From positions 12,042 to 76,041 of the forward strand of contig DASXAO010000106.1 in assembly GCA_036406675.1 (NCBI GenBank): DNA of 64,000 bases, in the 5' to 3' direction. Below the pieces are notes generated by a model. The model worked only from the letters and a program-made list of their open reading frames with translations, was not told the origin of the DNA and made no database searches. The DNA comes from Burkholderiales bacterium (GTDB lineage: Bacteria > Pseudomonadota > Gammaproteobacteria > Burkholderiales > SG8-39). Shown piece after piece: positions 25,641 to 34,903 of this stretch. Within the stretch, counting starts at the first letter, position 1. Every line of letters begins with the position of its first letter. Position numbers and translations under genes: made by a program.

Positions 25641-26450
25641 ATGATGCTCAGGAAACTATGCCTGCTCGGCGCCGCGGTCGGCGCCTTTTCGGCTGCGGGG
25701 GCCCTTGCCCAGACGGCCGAAGTCACGCTGACGCGCCTCGACTGCGGCAACGGGTTCAACGACGCGCGCCGGTTCAGCGACACCTTCGCATACACCGATC
25801 AGAAGAAGCCCTTCACGTTCAGCTGCTACGTCATCAAGCACGGCGACGACTACATGGTCTGGGATACGGGCTACGCGCCGGGCTCGACGCCCAACGCCAC
25901 CAACAAACCGCTGGGCGAGCTGCTGGCGCAGATGAAGGTGAAGCCCGAGCAGGTGAAGTACGTCGGCATCAGCCACTTCCATGCCGACCACACCGGCCAG
26001 CTCGACACGGTGCCAAACGCGACGCTGCTGATCGGACAGAAGGAGTGGGACGCGATCACCGCGCCGAAGCCGATGCAGGGCGCGAACGTAGCCGGCTTCA
26101 AGCACTGGATCAGCGGCGGCGGCAAGGTGGAGCCGCAGCCCGCGGACAAGGACGTGTTCGGCGACGGCACGGTGATGATCCTGCGCACGCCGGGCCACAC
26201 GCCGGGTCATCAGTCGCTGCTCGTCCGGCTGAAAGAAAAAGGGCCGGTCATCCTCATCGGCGATGCGGTGCACTTCCACGAGAACTGGGATTCGGACGGC
26301 GTGCCGGGCTTTAACTACGACCGATCCGAGACGATCTCCTCGATCGAGCGCCTCAAGGGCATCGCCAAGAACGTGAAGGCGACCGTCATCATCCAGCACG
26401 ATCCGCGCGACATCAACAAGCTGCCCGCCTTCCCGGCCGCAGCCAAGTAG
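25641..26450 (+). CDS. Secreted MBL-fold metallo-hydrolase (N-acyl-homoserine-lactonase-like subgroup)
   Basis: Signal peptide ..GALAQT. Has the HxHxDH motif ISHFHADHTG and downstream TPGHTPGH. Confidence 0.8.
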   Translation: MMLRKLCLLGAAVGAFSAAGALAQTAEVTLTRLDCGNGFNDARRFSDTFAYTDQKKPFTFSCYVIKHGDDYMVWDTGYAPGSTPNATNKPLGELLAQMKVKPEQVKYVGISHFHADHTGQLDTVPNATLLIGQKEWDAITAPKPMQGANVAGFKHWISGGGKVEPQPADKDVFGDGTVMILRTPGHTPGHQSLLVRLKEKGPVILIGDAVHFHENWDSDGVPGFNYDRSETISSIERLKGIAKNVKATVIIQHDPRDINKLPAFPAAAK

Positions 26451-26469
26451 TCGCGGCGTTGTAGATTCG

Positions 26470-26504
26470 GGGCCCTGGCATTAGCCAGGGCCCTTGTCTT
26501 TTCT
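26470..26504 (+). terminator. Rho-independent terminator between convergent genes
   Basis: GGGCCCTGGC-ATTA-GCCAGGGCCC followed by TTGTCTTTTCT. Confidence 0.8.
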
Positions 26505-26506
26505 GC

Positions 26507-27694
26507 TCACTCCAATACCAGGTAGACGTTGGCCTTGCGGTAGCTGTAGAAGTCGATGGTCGAGTCGTTTCGTTCGAGCGTCATTGCCAGCGCGGGCGTG
26601 AAGTTCATCCAGCGCCACTCCTTGTTGCGCAGCGACGCCTCGAGCGCGATGCGGTGGTCCCTTCGGGTGACGCCGAAGAGCGGATCGTCGGCGGCGTATT
26701 GCCGGTGTCCGAACGCGAGGCCGGCACGGAGACGAAGCGGGGCGGGCCGCTCGACGAATAGATTGATCCCGGGCTCGAGCGTGACGCCGTAGTACGTGTA
26801 GGGCCGTTCCCTGGCGTCGGAGAGCTCCACGGTTGCCTTGAGCAATCCGGCGAGCGCCTGCGTCGTGCTCCTCACCGCAGAGAGCGTGACGCTTCCATAG
26901 TTGGCGTCGAGGTAGGAGTAGTACGGGAAAGTGACCCGGCCGACTCTCACCGTGCCGTCGAGCCGGTGAACCTGCGACTCGGAAAGCCGCTGGCTCAGCT
27001 CGAGATACGGGAACCGGTAGAGGTACTGGCCGCCGAAGGTTCCGCCCTCCATTCCCCCGCGCAACTCGGTATAGGAGGCGCCCAGGCGCTTGGAAAGCCC
27101 GCCATCGGCGGTCAGGCGGTCGAGCGATTGCGACGGGTAGTCCAGATACGAGGCGTTGAAGTACACGGAAACGCGGCTTTCGCGCAGGATCGGCTCCATG
27201 GCCTGGAAGGAATAGCGCAGGCCTGTAACGCGCTCGTTGTCCTGCGGCGGCTCGAAGGTCAGCCGCACGCCGCCGATCGTGAACTGGCGCTCCTGGGTGA
27301 TGTTGCGCGGATTGGAATCCGACACCACGGAGAGCGCGAAGCGCGCATAGCCGTCGACCTCGTCGATGGAGCGCAGGAACGCCTCGATGTTGTCGTGCAC
27401 GCGCCAAGGCAACTCGGGCTCGAGCAGGACGGACTTGAAGAGCCGGCGGGATTCCTGGTACTGCTTGAGGTAAAAGAGCGCTCGCGCGAGCTCGAGCTTG
27501 ACTCGCGGGCTGTCGGTCTTGTGCGTCAGCTCGCGGAAGATGCGTGCCGCGGATTCGAAGTCGCCTGCCTCGAGCCGCTGCGCGCCTTCGATGAATGCGC
27601 GCTGGATCTCGGGATCGGGCTGCTGGGCTGCAACCGGACCTGCGAAAGCAATGCTAAGCGCGGCGACGAGGAGCCTCCGCCGCCATGCCCTCAT
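26507..27694 (-). CDS. Surface lipoprotein assembly modifier (Slam, DUF560 outer-membrane barrel with N-terminal TPR)
   Basis: Signal peptide and a TPR-like N-terminus (AQRLEAGDFESAARIFREL..LARALFYLKQYQES). The C-terminal RRDHRIALEASLRNKEWRWMNFTPALAMTLERNDSTIDFYSYRKANVYL matches the Slam/DUF560 terminal strands. Confidence 0.8.
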   Translation of the reverse strand: MRAWRRRLLVAALSIAFAGPVAAQQPDPEIQRAFIEGAQRLEAGDFESAARIFRELTHKTDSPRVKLELARALFYLKQYQESRRLFKSVLLEPELPWRVHDNIEAFLRSIDEVDGYARFALSVVSDSNPRNITQERQFTIGGVRLTFEPPQDNERVTGLRYSFQAMEPILRESRVSVYFNASYLDYPSQSLDRLTADGGLSKRLGASYTELRGGMEGGTFGGQYLYRFPYLELSQRLSESQVHRLDGTVRVGRVTFPYYSYLDANYGSVTLSAVRSTTQALAGLLKATVELSDARERPYTYYGVTLEPGINLFVERPAPLRLRAGLAFGHRQYAADDPLFGVTRRDHRIALEASLRNKEWRWMNFTPALAMTLERNDSTIDFYSYRKANVYLVLE

Positions 27695-28690
27695 TCACCG
27701 CTTGATGCCGCCAAAGCCTCCGACCATGCGGCTGACACCCGCACCGCCGAGCTGGTAGGTCCCTCCGATCTCTTGGGCAGTCGGGCCGTAGAACTTTCCG
27801 GACGCGCTGCCGTTGAGAGTGCTGTCCCGTGTTTGCACCTGACCCGAAAAATTGTTTATGCCGGACGCCCAACTCAACGAACCGGTGAGGTCAAGTTCCT
27901 GCCTGCTGCTTGCAGCGCCGGTCGTGGAGTTCACGAGGGTCGTGTCGATCGTAGTGAACCCGATAGCGCGGTTTTGAAAGTCGACGTTGGCGATCATTGC
28001 TGCAGAAGTGGCGGAACGTATTCCAGCCGCATCGATGAAGTAACCCGAAGCATTGCCAAAGAAGGTGCCGGTCCCCGTCGTGGGGACTGCATTGCCGGGC
28101 GTGGCGTTGCCGGCGGACACGCCCCCGAGCACGAAGTTATTCGGACCCGATTGAACCGCCCAAACCCCGTACGTCTGGTAGTTCCAGCCGCTTCCGAGCG
28201 CGTCGCCGATGACCGCCGATGCGGTCGGGCTCGAAGCCTTGCACACTCCGCCGCCGCCACAGGAAGTGCTGTGGCCCGCGGACCGGTCGAAGGATACGTT
28301 GCCTTCGGGTGCGCTGATGGCGAGGGCAGTCAGCGTGCGTTGGCTGTCAAAGGCGAGGGTCAGATTCGAAGCACCATTCGTCTCTGGGCTGACCGACGTA
28401 ACAGGACCGTTGCCCGTCTGCGTCCCGCTCATCGTGGTGGCAGATCCGCCCATGACGACGTTCTGGTTGGGCTGAACCGCGGAGAACGTGGTGAAGGTCT
28501 GGCGTTGAGTGGTCTGGTTTGGCGCGGGAGTCTGGTCTGGGGCGGGAGCCTGGTTTGGCGGGGGAGTCTGGCTTGGTGCGGGAGGAATCTGGGTTGGAGT
28601 CCCGCTTCCTCCGCCGCCTCCGCCGCCCGTCCCGCAGGCGGCGAGCGTGGCCGCCATGATCGAAAGTGCTGTAGACCGAAGAGGCGCCAT
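27695..28690 (-). CDS. Surface lipoprotein with TbpB-like C-terminal handle/barrel (candidate Slam cargo)
   Basis: Lipobox TLAACG, poly-Gly, and a Pro/Gln hexapeptide linker. The C-terminal ..GSASGKFYGPTAQEIGGTYQL....GGFGGIKR is the motif of TbpB/fHbp-type lipoprotein barrels. The stop abuts the Slam start. Confidence 0.75.
   Translation of the reverse strand: MAPLRSTALSIMAATLAACGTGGGGGGGSGTPTQIPPAPSQTPPPNQAPAPDQTPAPNQTTQRQTFTTFSAVQPNQNVVMGGSATTMSGTQTGNGPVTSVSPETNGASNLTLAFDSQRTLTALAISAPEGNVSFDRSAGHSTSCGGGGVCKASSPTASAVIGDALGSGWNYQTYGVWAVQSGPNNFVLGGVSAGNATPGNAVPTTGTGTFFGNASGYFIDAAGIRSATSAAMIANVDFQNRAIGFTTIDTTLVNSTTGAASSRQELDLTGSLSWASGINNFSGQVQTRDSTLNGSASGKFYGPTAQEIGGTYQLGGAGVSRMVGGFGGIKR
28511..28582 (-). 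repeat. 4 x 18-bp in-frame tandem repeat (hexapeptide PAPSQT/PPPNQA/PAPDQT/PAPNQT)
   Basis: Read directly from the lipoprotein linker, residues 37-60. Confidence 0.85.
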
Positions 28691-28789
28691 GGCTTCGTTA
28701 TAAGGGTGCGAGTTGACACGGCAAACGCAACGGACCGTAGGTCACAGGGACCATTGCTCGCTCTGCGATAAGCTGAGTCCGACCGGGCA

Positions 28790-29911
28790 ATGAAACGCCT
28801 CCTGCAGCCCTTCGTCCTCGTTGTCACCGCGCTCCTCGCGGCTGCCTACGCGTATCCCGCGACGCGGCTTGCCGACGGGCCATGGGAGCGCGCTGCGCTC
28901 GCGATTCCTTTTCTTCTCATCTGGATCGTGCCGGCGCTTTACTGGACCGTCGAGCGCGACGGCGAAGAGTCATGGCTCGACCAGGCGGCCCATCAGGCGA
29001 GCTATCTCTCGATGGCGTGGGTGAGCTTCATTCTGGTCCTGACGCTGGTTCGCGACCTGCTGCTCTTCGCCACGGCGGCGCTGCCCCTCGAGCGGGCGCA
29101 CGGCGTGATCGCCGAGGCGGGAGTTCCGACCGTGTCGATTCTCTCGCTCGCCGCCGTGGCGCTCGGGGCCATCGTCGCGCTGCGCGGGCCGCGGGTCGAG
29201 CAAGTCGAGATCCAGGTGCCGGGGCTCCATCCCGGGCTCCACGGCTTTCGCATCGTGCAGATTTCCGACCTGCACGTCGGGCGCAGCATCCGTCGCGGCT
29301 ACGTCGAGCGCACCGTCGAGCGCGCGCGCAGCCTCGCGCCCGACCTCGTGGCGCTCACCGGGGACATGGTCGACGGGCCGGTCGAGCGGCTCGCGCCGCA
29401 CGTCGCGCCGCTCGCGGGGCTCGTCGAAGGCGGGCGCGCCTTCTTCATCCTTGGCAATCACGACTGCTATTCCGGAGCAGACGCGTGGATCGCGCACTGG
29501 CGCGAAATGGGCGTGCGCGTGCTGCTGAACGAGCACGCCGTGCTTCGCCGAGGCGCGGCGACGCTTCTCGTCGGCGGGGTCGTCGATCCGGCCTATCGGG
29601 CGCGGCGCCCGCAGATCTCGCTCGAGGACGCGCCGGGCGCGGATTTCCGGCTGCTCCTCGCGCACAACCCGAAGCTCGCGCCGCTCGGCGCGCGCGCGGG
29701 CTTCGACCTGCAGCTCTCAGGCCATACGCACGCCGGGCAGTTCTTTCCCTGGACGCTCGCGGTGCGGCTGGTTCACGCGCCTCACGTCGCGGGGATCTCG
29801 CGCGAGGGAAGCATGTGGGTCTACGTGAGCGCGGGCACGGGAAGCTGGGGGCCGCCCGTGCGCTTCGGGACTAGCCCCGAGATCACCCTCGTCAGGCTCG
29901 TTTCCGCCTAG
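28790..29911 (+). CDS. Membrane-anchored metallophosphoesterase
   Basis: N-terminal TM helices, then IVQISDLHVG, LTGDMVDG, ILGNHD and SGHTHAGQ. Confidence 0.88.
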   Translation: MKRLLQPFVLVVTALLAAAYAYPATRLADGPWERAALAIPFLLIWIVPALYWTVERDGEESWLDQAAHQASYLSMAWVSFILVLTLVRDLLLFATAALPLERAHGVIAEAGVPTVSILSLAAVALGAIVALRGPRVEQVEIQVPGLHPGLHGFRIVQISDLHVGRSIRRGYVERTVERARSLAPDLVALTGDMVDGPVERLAPHVAPLAGLVEGGRAFFILGNHDCYSGADAWIAHWREMGVRVLLNEHAVLRRGAATLLVGGVVDPAYRARRPQISLEDAPGADFRLLLAHNPKLAPLGARAGFDLQLSGHTHAGQFFPWTLAVRLVHAPHVAGISREGSMWVYVSAGTGSWGPPVRFGTSPEITLVRLVSA

Positions 29912-29926
29912 TCCCCGCCCGACGCT

Positions 29927-30448
29927 CTAGAGGGCGGCCGCGTACTCTTTTTCCAGCCGCTCGTGCGTGGCCCAGAACGGGCGCGGCTCGACGCCCTTCA
30001 GCACGTCTTCGAGGATGCCGGTGTGGACGTCCCAGCCGCCCATGACGCTCGCCTGCAGGTCGCGGCCTTCCAGGCGGCGGTGGACGATGACGAGGAGCAC
30101 CTCCTTGCCGCGAGGCGTCAGCTCGTAGGTCACTTCGGTGTCGCCGCCGTTCCACATCCAGGTGTGCGAGAGAAGGCGCATCGGCTCGAGGCGCGTGATG
30201 ACGCCGTCGAACTTGCCCAGACCGCGGTCCTTGTACTTCTCCGGCGTGACGCAGTCCGGCGAGAGCTTCGAGTTGTCGAACTCGAGGCGGACCTTCCCGC
30301 CGACCCGCAGGTCGAACTCGCCCCGGGCGAGCCACCTCGCGCGCTTGTCGGACTCGGTGATGTAGGCCCAGACGCGCTCGATCGGGCCGGGGAGAAGGCG
30401 CTGCAGCTTGACGGTGCCGGGTTCGATCACGGTGACGGCTCGGTTCAT
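29927..30448 (-). CDS. SRPBCC/AHSA1-family protein
   Basis: RLLPGPIERVWAYITESDKRARWL..GGKVRLEF. ATGA overlap with the upstream ArsR gene. Confidence 0.8.
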   Translation of the reverse strand: MNRAVTVIEPGTVKLQRLLPGPIERVWAYITESDKRARWLARGEFDLRVGGKVRLEFDNSKLSPDCVTPEKYKDRGLGKFDGVITRLEPMRLLSHTWMWNGGDTEVTYELTPRGKEVLLVIVHRRLEGRDLQASVMGGWDVHTGILEDVLKGVEPRPFWATHERLEKEYAAAL

Positions 30449-30810
30449 TTGCGTTTCCTTTTCACGGTTCGTTTGGAGGATTTCGAAGCGGCCTCGATCG
30501 CATCCTCGGCGCGCAGGGCGGCTTCCAGGTCGTCGAGGCGGGAATTCCAGAACTCGCGCGTGCGCTGCATCCATTGCGCGAGCTCGTCGAACGGCTTCGG
30601 GTCGAGCGACAGGAAGTGGTCGCGCCCGGAGACGCGCCGCCGCACCAGCCCCGCGCGCTCGAGGAGGCGGATGTGCTTCGAGACCGAGTTGAGGGAGATC
30701 TCGAACGGCGCGGCGACCTCGGTCACGCGCGCCTCGCCGGAGGCGAGGTGCTTGAGGATCGCGCGGCGGGTTTCGTCCGCCAGTGCGACCAGGGTGTCGT
30801 CCAGCTCCAT
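30445..30810 (-). CDS. ArsR/SmtB-family transcriptional regulator
   Basis: The winged HTH reads LADETRRAILKHLASGEARVTEVAAPFEISLNSVSKHIRLLERAGLV. Confidence 0.88.
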   Translation of the reverse strand: MELDDTLVALADETRRAILKHLASGEARVTEVAAPFEISLNSVSKHIRLLERAGLVRRRVSGRDHFLSLDPKPFDELAQWMQRTREFWNSRLDDLEAALRAEDAIEAASKSSKRTVKRKRK

Positions 30811-30935
30811 GGCATAATATTCACCCAAAAGGATTAATATGTCAAGGGCCACGGGCAACAATCGATACAAACCTGCTACAAGCCGATCATATGGAAGCAG
30901 CGTCGCGACCCTAGAATCCGGCGCGGGAAAAAGTC

Positions 30936-33900
30936 TTGTCGGGGGCCGCAGGCGTGCATACGGGTACGCGCTCCACGCTAGGCAAGTTCACGCGACCCCG
31001 GCCGGTCGGTGCGCTTCTGCGCCATCGCCTGTTCGAGGAGATGGAGCAGGCACGCCGCCATCCGGCGGTGTGGGTCGCGGGGCAGCCGGGCTGCGGCAAG
31101 ACGACGCTGGTGAGCACCTATCTCGCCCATCGCCGGCTGCCGTGCGTGTGGTACCGCATGCACCCGGACGACAGCGATCCAGCGACGTTCTTCCACTATT
31201 TCGCCCAGGCGCTGGAGCAGACGGCGCCACGCCCGCGCACCGTCCCACTGCCGCATCTCACGCCGGAGTTTCTGCCTCGCACGCCGGTGTTCAGCCGCCG
31301 GTACTTCGAGCACGCCTACGCGAGGCTCGAGGCACCGTGCGCGCTGGTGTTCGACAACTACGAGCAGGCGGAGAGCGCAAGCGCGCTGCACGACGTGATG
31401 CGCGAGCTCGTCGAATCCCTTCCCGAAGGCATCGGCGCCATCTTTCTCAGCCGAAGCGAGCCGCCGGCCGCTCTGGCGCTCGCCCGCGCCCGCGGCGACG
31501 TGGCGCTCGTCCAGGGCGAGAACCTGAAGCTGAGCTACGAGGAGTGCGGCGACATAGCCGAGCTGCGCGGCGTGGAGATCGACGACCCCGGCCTGCGCCA
31601 GCTTCATGCCCGCACGCAGGGATGGGCCGCAGGTGTCGTGCTTGCCCTCGAGCAGAAGCTTCGTCTCGGTGTTGCCCGCGAGCTGCCCGCCGGGGCGACG
31701 CCCCAGGTGGTGTTCGATTACTTTGCCAGCGAGATCTTCGGCCGAATGGATGCCGCCGCGCAGGCGACGCTTCTGACTGCGTCGCTGCTTCCCGAGATGA
31801 CGGCGGAGCGCGTCGCCGCGCTGAGCGGCAGCGCCGACGCGGGAAGCGTGCTGAACGAGCTCGAGCGGGCGAGCTACTTCACGTTGAAGCGCTCGCGGGC
31901 CTGCGACGGCTCCGTCGTCTACCAATTCCATCCCCTGTTCCGGGAATTCCTCATGCGGCGCGCCGAGGACACCTTGTCGCCTGCGGCGCTGACCGCGTTG
32001 CGCCGGACCGCGGGCCGGCTCCTGGAGGGGGACGGCGAAACGGCGGACGCGTTCGCCCTCTACGCCGGGGCGCGCGCCTGGGATGAAGCGTCGCGCCTTG
32101 CGCTCGGCCGCGCTGCCGAGTTCCTGGCGCAGGGACGGGGCCGCATCGTGGAAGGCTGGCTGCGGGCGCTTCCGCCTGCCGTGCGGGAAGCGTGCCCGTG
32201 GGCGATCTATTGGCTGGGCATGTGCCGGCTGCCCTTCGACCCGCTCGAAGCGCGGCGGCACTTCGAGGAGGCCCTGCGCTCGTTCGAGCATGCCGACGAT
32301 GCCGCGGGGCTCTTCAGCGCGTGGGCGAGCATCGTCGATTCGTTCGTGTACGAGTGGGGGGAGTTCGCTCCCCTGGACCGCTGGATCGCGGCGCTCGACG
32401 CACTGCGCGGGCGTTATCCGGGCTACCCGACGCCGGAGATCGAGGCGCGCGTTTCCGCGGGCATGTTCATGGCGCTGATGTACCGCCAGCCGCACCGCGC
32501 CGATCTGCCGCGGTGGGCGGAGCGGGTGGAGCAGATCGTGCTCGCGAGTCCGCGAGTCGAGACCCAGATGCTCCTGGGCAACCAGCTCGTGCTGTATCAC
32601 ACGCTTTGCATCGGCGACGTCGCGAAGGCGCGCGTCCTGATGGACGCCGTGCGCCCGGACGCGAACCTCGCGCGCAGCTCGCCGATGGCCTTCGTGCTGT
32701 GGCGTTGCGTCGAGGCTGCCTACTACGTTTCGATCGGCGCCCCGCAGGAATGCCTGCGCGCCGTGGAAAGCGGCATGGCGACGGCAGAGCGCGAGGGGCT
32801 GACGCTCATGAGCTTCTTCCTCCTGTTCCAGTGGGCGGTCAGCAGGCTCAAGATGGGGGATGCCGCCGCGGCGGCGCGCCTGCTCGAGCGCGCCAAGGCG
32901 ACGATCGCGCCCGGGCGCATGCTCGATCGCGCCCGCTATCACTACCTGCTCTTCCTCCACGCGTACCACACCGGCGACGCAGCCGCGGCGCTCGAGAACG
33001 CGACGCAGGCAGTGAAGCTGTCCGACGCGGCGGGCGCGCCGTTCTGGCAGGCCTACCATCGCCTCGGGCTGGCGCATGCCCAGTTCGAGACGGGCCGACG
33101 CCGGGAGGCGCTCGCGCGCCTCGCCGAGGCGCGCCGGATCGGCCGCGCCGCGAAAAGCACGAAGATCGCGTTCAGCTGCGATTTTGCGCTCGTGTCCTTT
33201 GCCCTGGAGCGCGGCAAGCAGCGCCTCGCCCTGCCGCTGCTGCGCCGGGCCATGCAGCGCTCCAAGGCGTCGGGATTCTTCAATCGGCTGCTCTGGACGC
33301 AGCGCAATCTTGGCAAGGTCGTCGTGGCCGCGCTTGAAAACAGTATCGAGGTCGAGCATGCGCGGGAGCTCGCGCGCCGCTGCCGGCTTGCGCCCACGCC
33401 GCAAGCCTTGCGGCTGGACAGCTGGCCGTTCGCGGTGAGGGTGTGCACGCTCGGGCACTTCCGGGTCGAGCTCGACGGCCGGCCCCTGGAGCTCAACTGC
33501 AGGGCGCAGCGCAAACCGCTCGAGCTGCTGATGGCCCTGATCGCCCTGGGCGGCCGCGGCGTGGCCGAGCTCCAGATTACCGACGTGCTGTGGCCGGACG
33601 CGGACGGCGACGCCGCGCATCAGGCATGCGCGATTGCCCTTCACCGGCTGCGCAAGCTCCTCGCATGCGAGCAGGCGATCATCCTGCGCAGGAACGAGTT
33701 GACGCTCGATCCGGCGCACGTGTGGGTGGATGCCTGGGCCCTCGAGCGCGCCCTTGCCCAGCCGCCCGCGCTGGGACCCGCGGACGAGCGTGGCTTCACG
33801 AGGGTGTGCTCGCTCTACAGGGGCCCGTTCCTGAGGCACGTGGAGTCGTCGTGGGCCACGCCATTGCGGGAGCGTCTGCGCAGCAGGTTCATGAGGCACG

Positions 33901-34175
33901 TGGCGCAACACGGCCGGACTCTGCTCGCGTCCGGACAGCATGCCGCAGCGATCGACGCCTTCGAGAGCGGCCTCGACACGGACGGCCAGCTCGAGGAGCT
34001 CTACCACGGGCTCATGCTTTGCCACTCCGCCATGGGAAGGCGCGCCGAGGCCATCGGCGTGTTCCGGCGCTGCGAGAAGATGCTCTCGGCTACGTTGGGG
34101 ATCGCGCCCGGGACGAAGACGATGGCGCTCTACCGGATGCTGCAGCGACCCGATTGCCTGGAAGGGCGCTTCTAA
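30936..34175 (+). CDS. STAND (MalT-like) ATPase - TPR - C-terminal SARP (winged-helix + BTAD) regulator
   Basis: LGKFTRPRPVGALLRHRLFEEM..VWVAGQPGCGKTTLV resembles the MalT N-terminus with Walker A. A long helical-repeat middle region follows. The C-terminal reads VCTLGHFRVELDGRPL..RKPLELLMAL..LYRGPFL..LYHGLMLCHSAMGRRAEAIGVFRRC (OmpR-type wHTH plus BTAD). The start may be GTG 30954. Confidence 0.8.
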   Translation: MSGAAGVHTGTRSTLGKFTRPRPVGALLRHRLFEEMEQARRHPAVWVAGQPGCGKTTLVSTYLAHRRLPCVWYRMHPDDSDPATFFHYFAQALEQTAPRPRTVPLPHLTPEFLPRTPVFSRRYFEHAYARLEAPCALVFDNYEQAESASALHDVMRELVESLPEGIGAIFLSRSEPPAALALARARGDVALVQGENLKLSYEECGDIAELRGVEIDDPGLRQLHARTQGWAAGVVLALEQKLRLGVARELPAGATPQVVFDYFASEIFGRMDAAAQATLLTASLLPEMTAERVAALSGSADAGSVLNELERASYFTLKRSRACDGSVVYQFHPLFREFLMRRAEDTLSPAALTALRRTAGRLLEGDGETADAFALYAGARAWDEASRLALGRAAEFLAQGRGRIVEGWLRALPPAVREACPWAIYWLGMCRLPFDPLEARRHFEEALRSFEHADDAAGLFSAWASIVDSFVYEWGEFAPLDRWIAALDALRGRYPGYPTPEIEARVSAGMFMALMYRQPHRADLPRWAERVEQIVLASPRVETQMLLGNQLVLYHTLCIGDVAKARVLMDAVRPDANLARSSPMAFVLWRCVEAAYYVSIGAPQECLRAVESGMATAEREGLTLMSFFLLFQWAVSRLKMGDAAAAARLLERAKATIAPGRMLDRARYHYLLFLHAYHTGDAAAALENATQAVKLSDAAGAPFWQAYHRLGLAHAQFETGRRREALARLAEARRIGRAAKSTKIAFSCDFALVSFALERGKQRLALPLLRRAMQRSKASGFFNRLLWTQRNLGKVVVAALENSIEVEHARELARRCRLAPTPQALRLDSWPFAVRVCTLGHFRVELDGRPLELNCRAQRKPLELLMALIALGGRGVAELQITDVLWPDADGDAAHQACAIALHRLRKLLACEQAIILRRNELTLDPAHVWVDAWALERALAQPPALGPADERGFTRVCSLYRGPFLRHVESSWATPLRERLRSRFMRHVAQHGRTLLASGQHAAAIDAFESGLDTDGQLEELYHGLMLCHSAMGRRAEAIGVFRRCEKMLSATLGIAPGTKTMALYRMLQRPDCLEGRF

Positions 34176-34903
34176 AGGACGTAGCCCAGTCCGGAGGCGA
34201 GGAGCACGCAAAGCAGGGCGCGGCGGAATAGCGCGTCGCTCACCTTGCCGAAGAGAGCCAGTCCGAGCAGGACGCCGGCGACCAGCGGTATGACGGCATA
34301 CAGCAGGTATCCCGCGAGGGCCTGCGGAAGTCCGCGCTGCGCCGCGAGAAACGCGAGCGCCGCTATTTGCATCGCTGCAATGTAGGGCTGCACCGTGCCC
34401 CGCTGGCGGTCCTTGGGGATGCCTCGCAGGCCGCACCAGATGGCCGGGATCGCGCCCGGCATCGCGGTAATGCCGCCCAGCAACCCGCCGACGAAGCCGA
34501 TCGCGGCTTCGAGCCCGCTTCCTGGCGTGTGCTCGAAATACCGGGCCTTGGGGCGAAAGAGCATGTAGGCGGCGTAGGCGGCAAGAAAGATTCCGAAGCC
34601 CGCGCGAATCACGGCGGGATCGCCGTGGCGCAGGTAGTAGAGCGCCAAAGGCAGGCCGGCAAGGCCGCCACCGATGAGCGGCAGGACGTTGCGCCACGGC
34701 ACGCTGCGCCGCAGGGAGACGAGGCTCGTGCTTTGCACGAGGACGCTGCAGGCCATCATCAGCGGGATGGCTTCTACAGGCGGGAGTACGTGGAGCAGCA
34801 CGGCCCCGGCGACCGCGGAGAAGGCAAATCCGGTGAACCCCGATACCAGCGCCCCCGCGAAGACGCCAAGAGCGAGCAGCAGCGGCAATGGATTGTCGAA
34901 CAT
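34172..34903 (-). CDS. TauE/SafE (TSUP) family sulfite/anion exporter
   Basis: Polytopic, 243 aa, with GALVSGFTGFAFSAVAG and GGLLGGITAMPG repeats. Confidence 0.8.
   Translation of the reverse strand: MFDNPLPLLLALGVFAGALVSGFTGFAFSAVAGAVLLHVLPPVEAIPLMMACSVLVQSTSLVSLRRSVPWRNVLPLIGGGLAGLPLALYYLRHGDPAVIRAGFGIFLAAYAAYMLFRPKARYFEHTPGSGLEAAIGFVGGLLGGITAMPGAIPAIWCGLRGIPKDRQRGTVQPYIAAMQIAALAFLAAQRGLPQALAGYLLYAVIPLVAGVLLGLALFGKVSDALFRRALLCVLLASGLGYVL

Noticed and set aside
25641-26450. Calling the MBL-fold protein a quorum-quenching AHL lactonase functionally linked to the Slam pair.
   Set aside because: The HxHxDH motif and size fit many MBL subfamilies, so substrate cannot be inferred from sequence alone. 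It is separated from the Slam gene by a strong terminator and is convergent to it.
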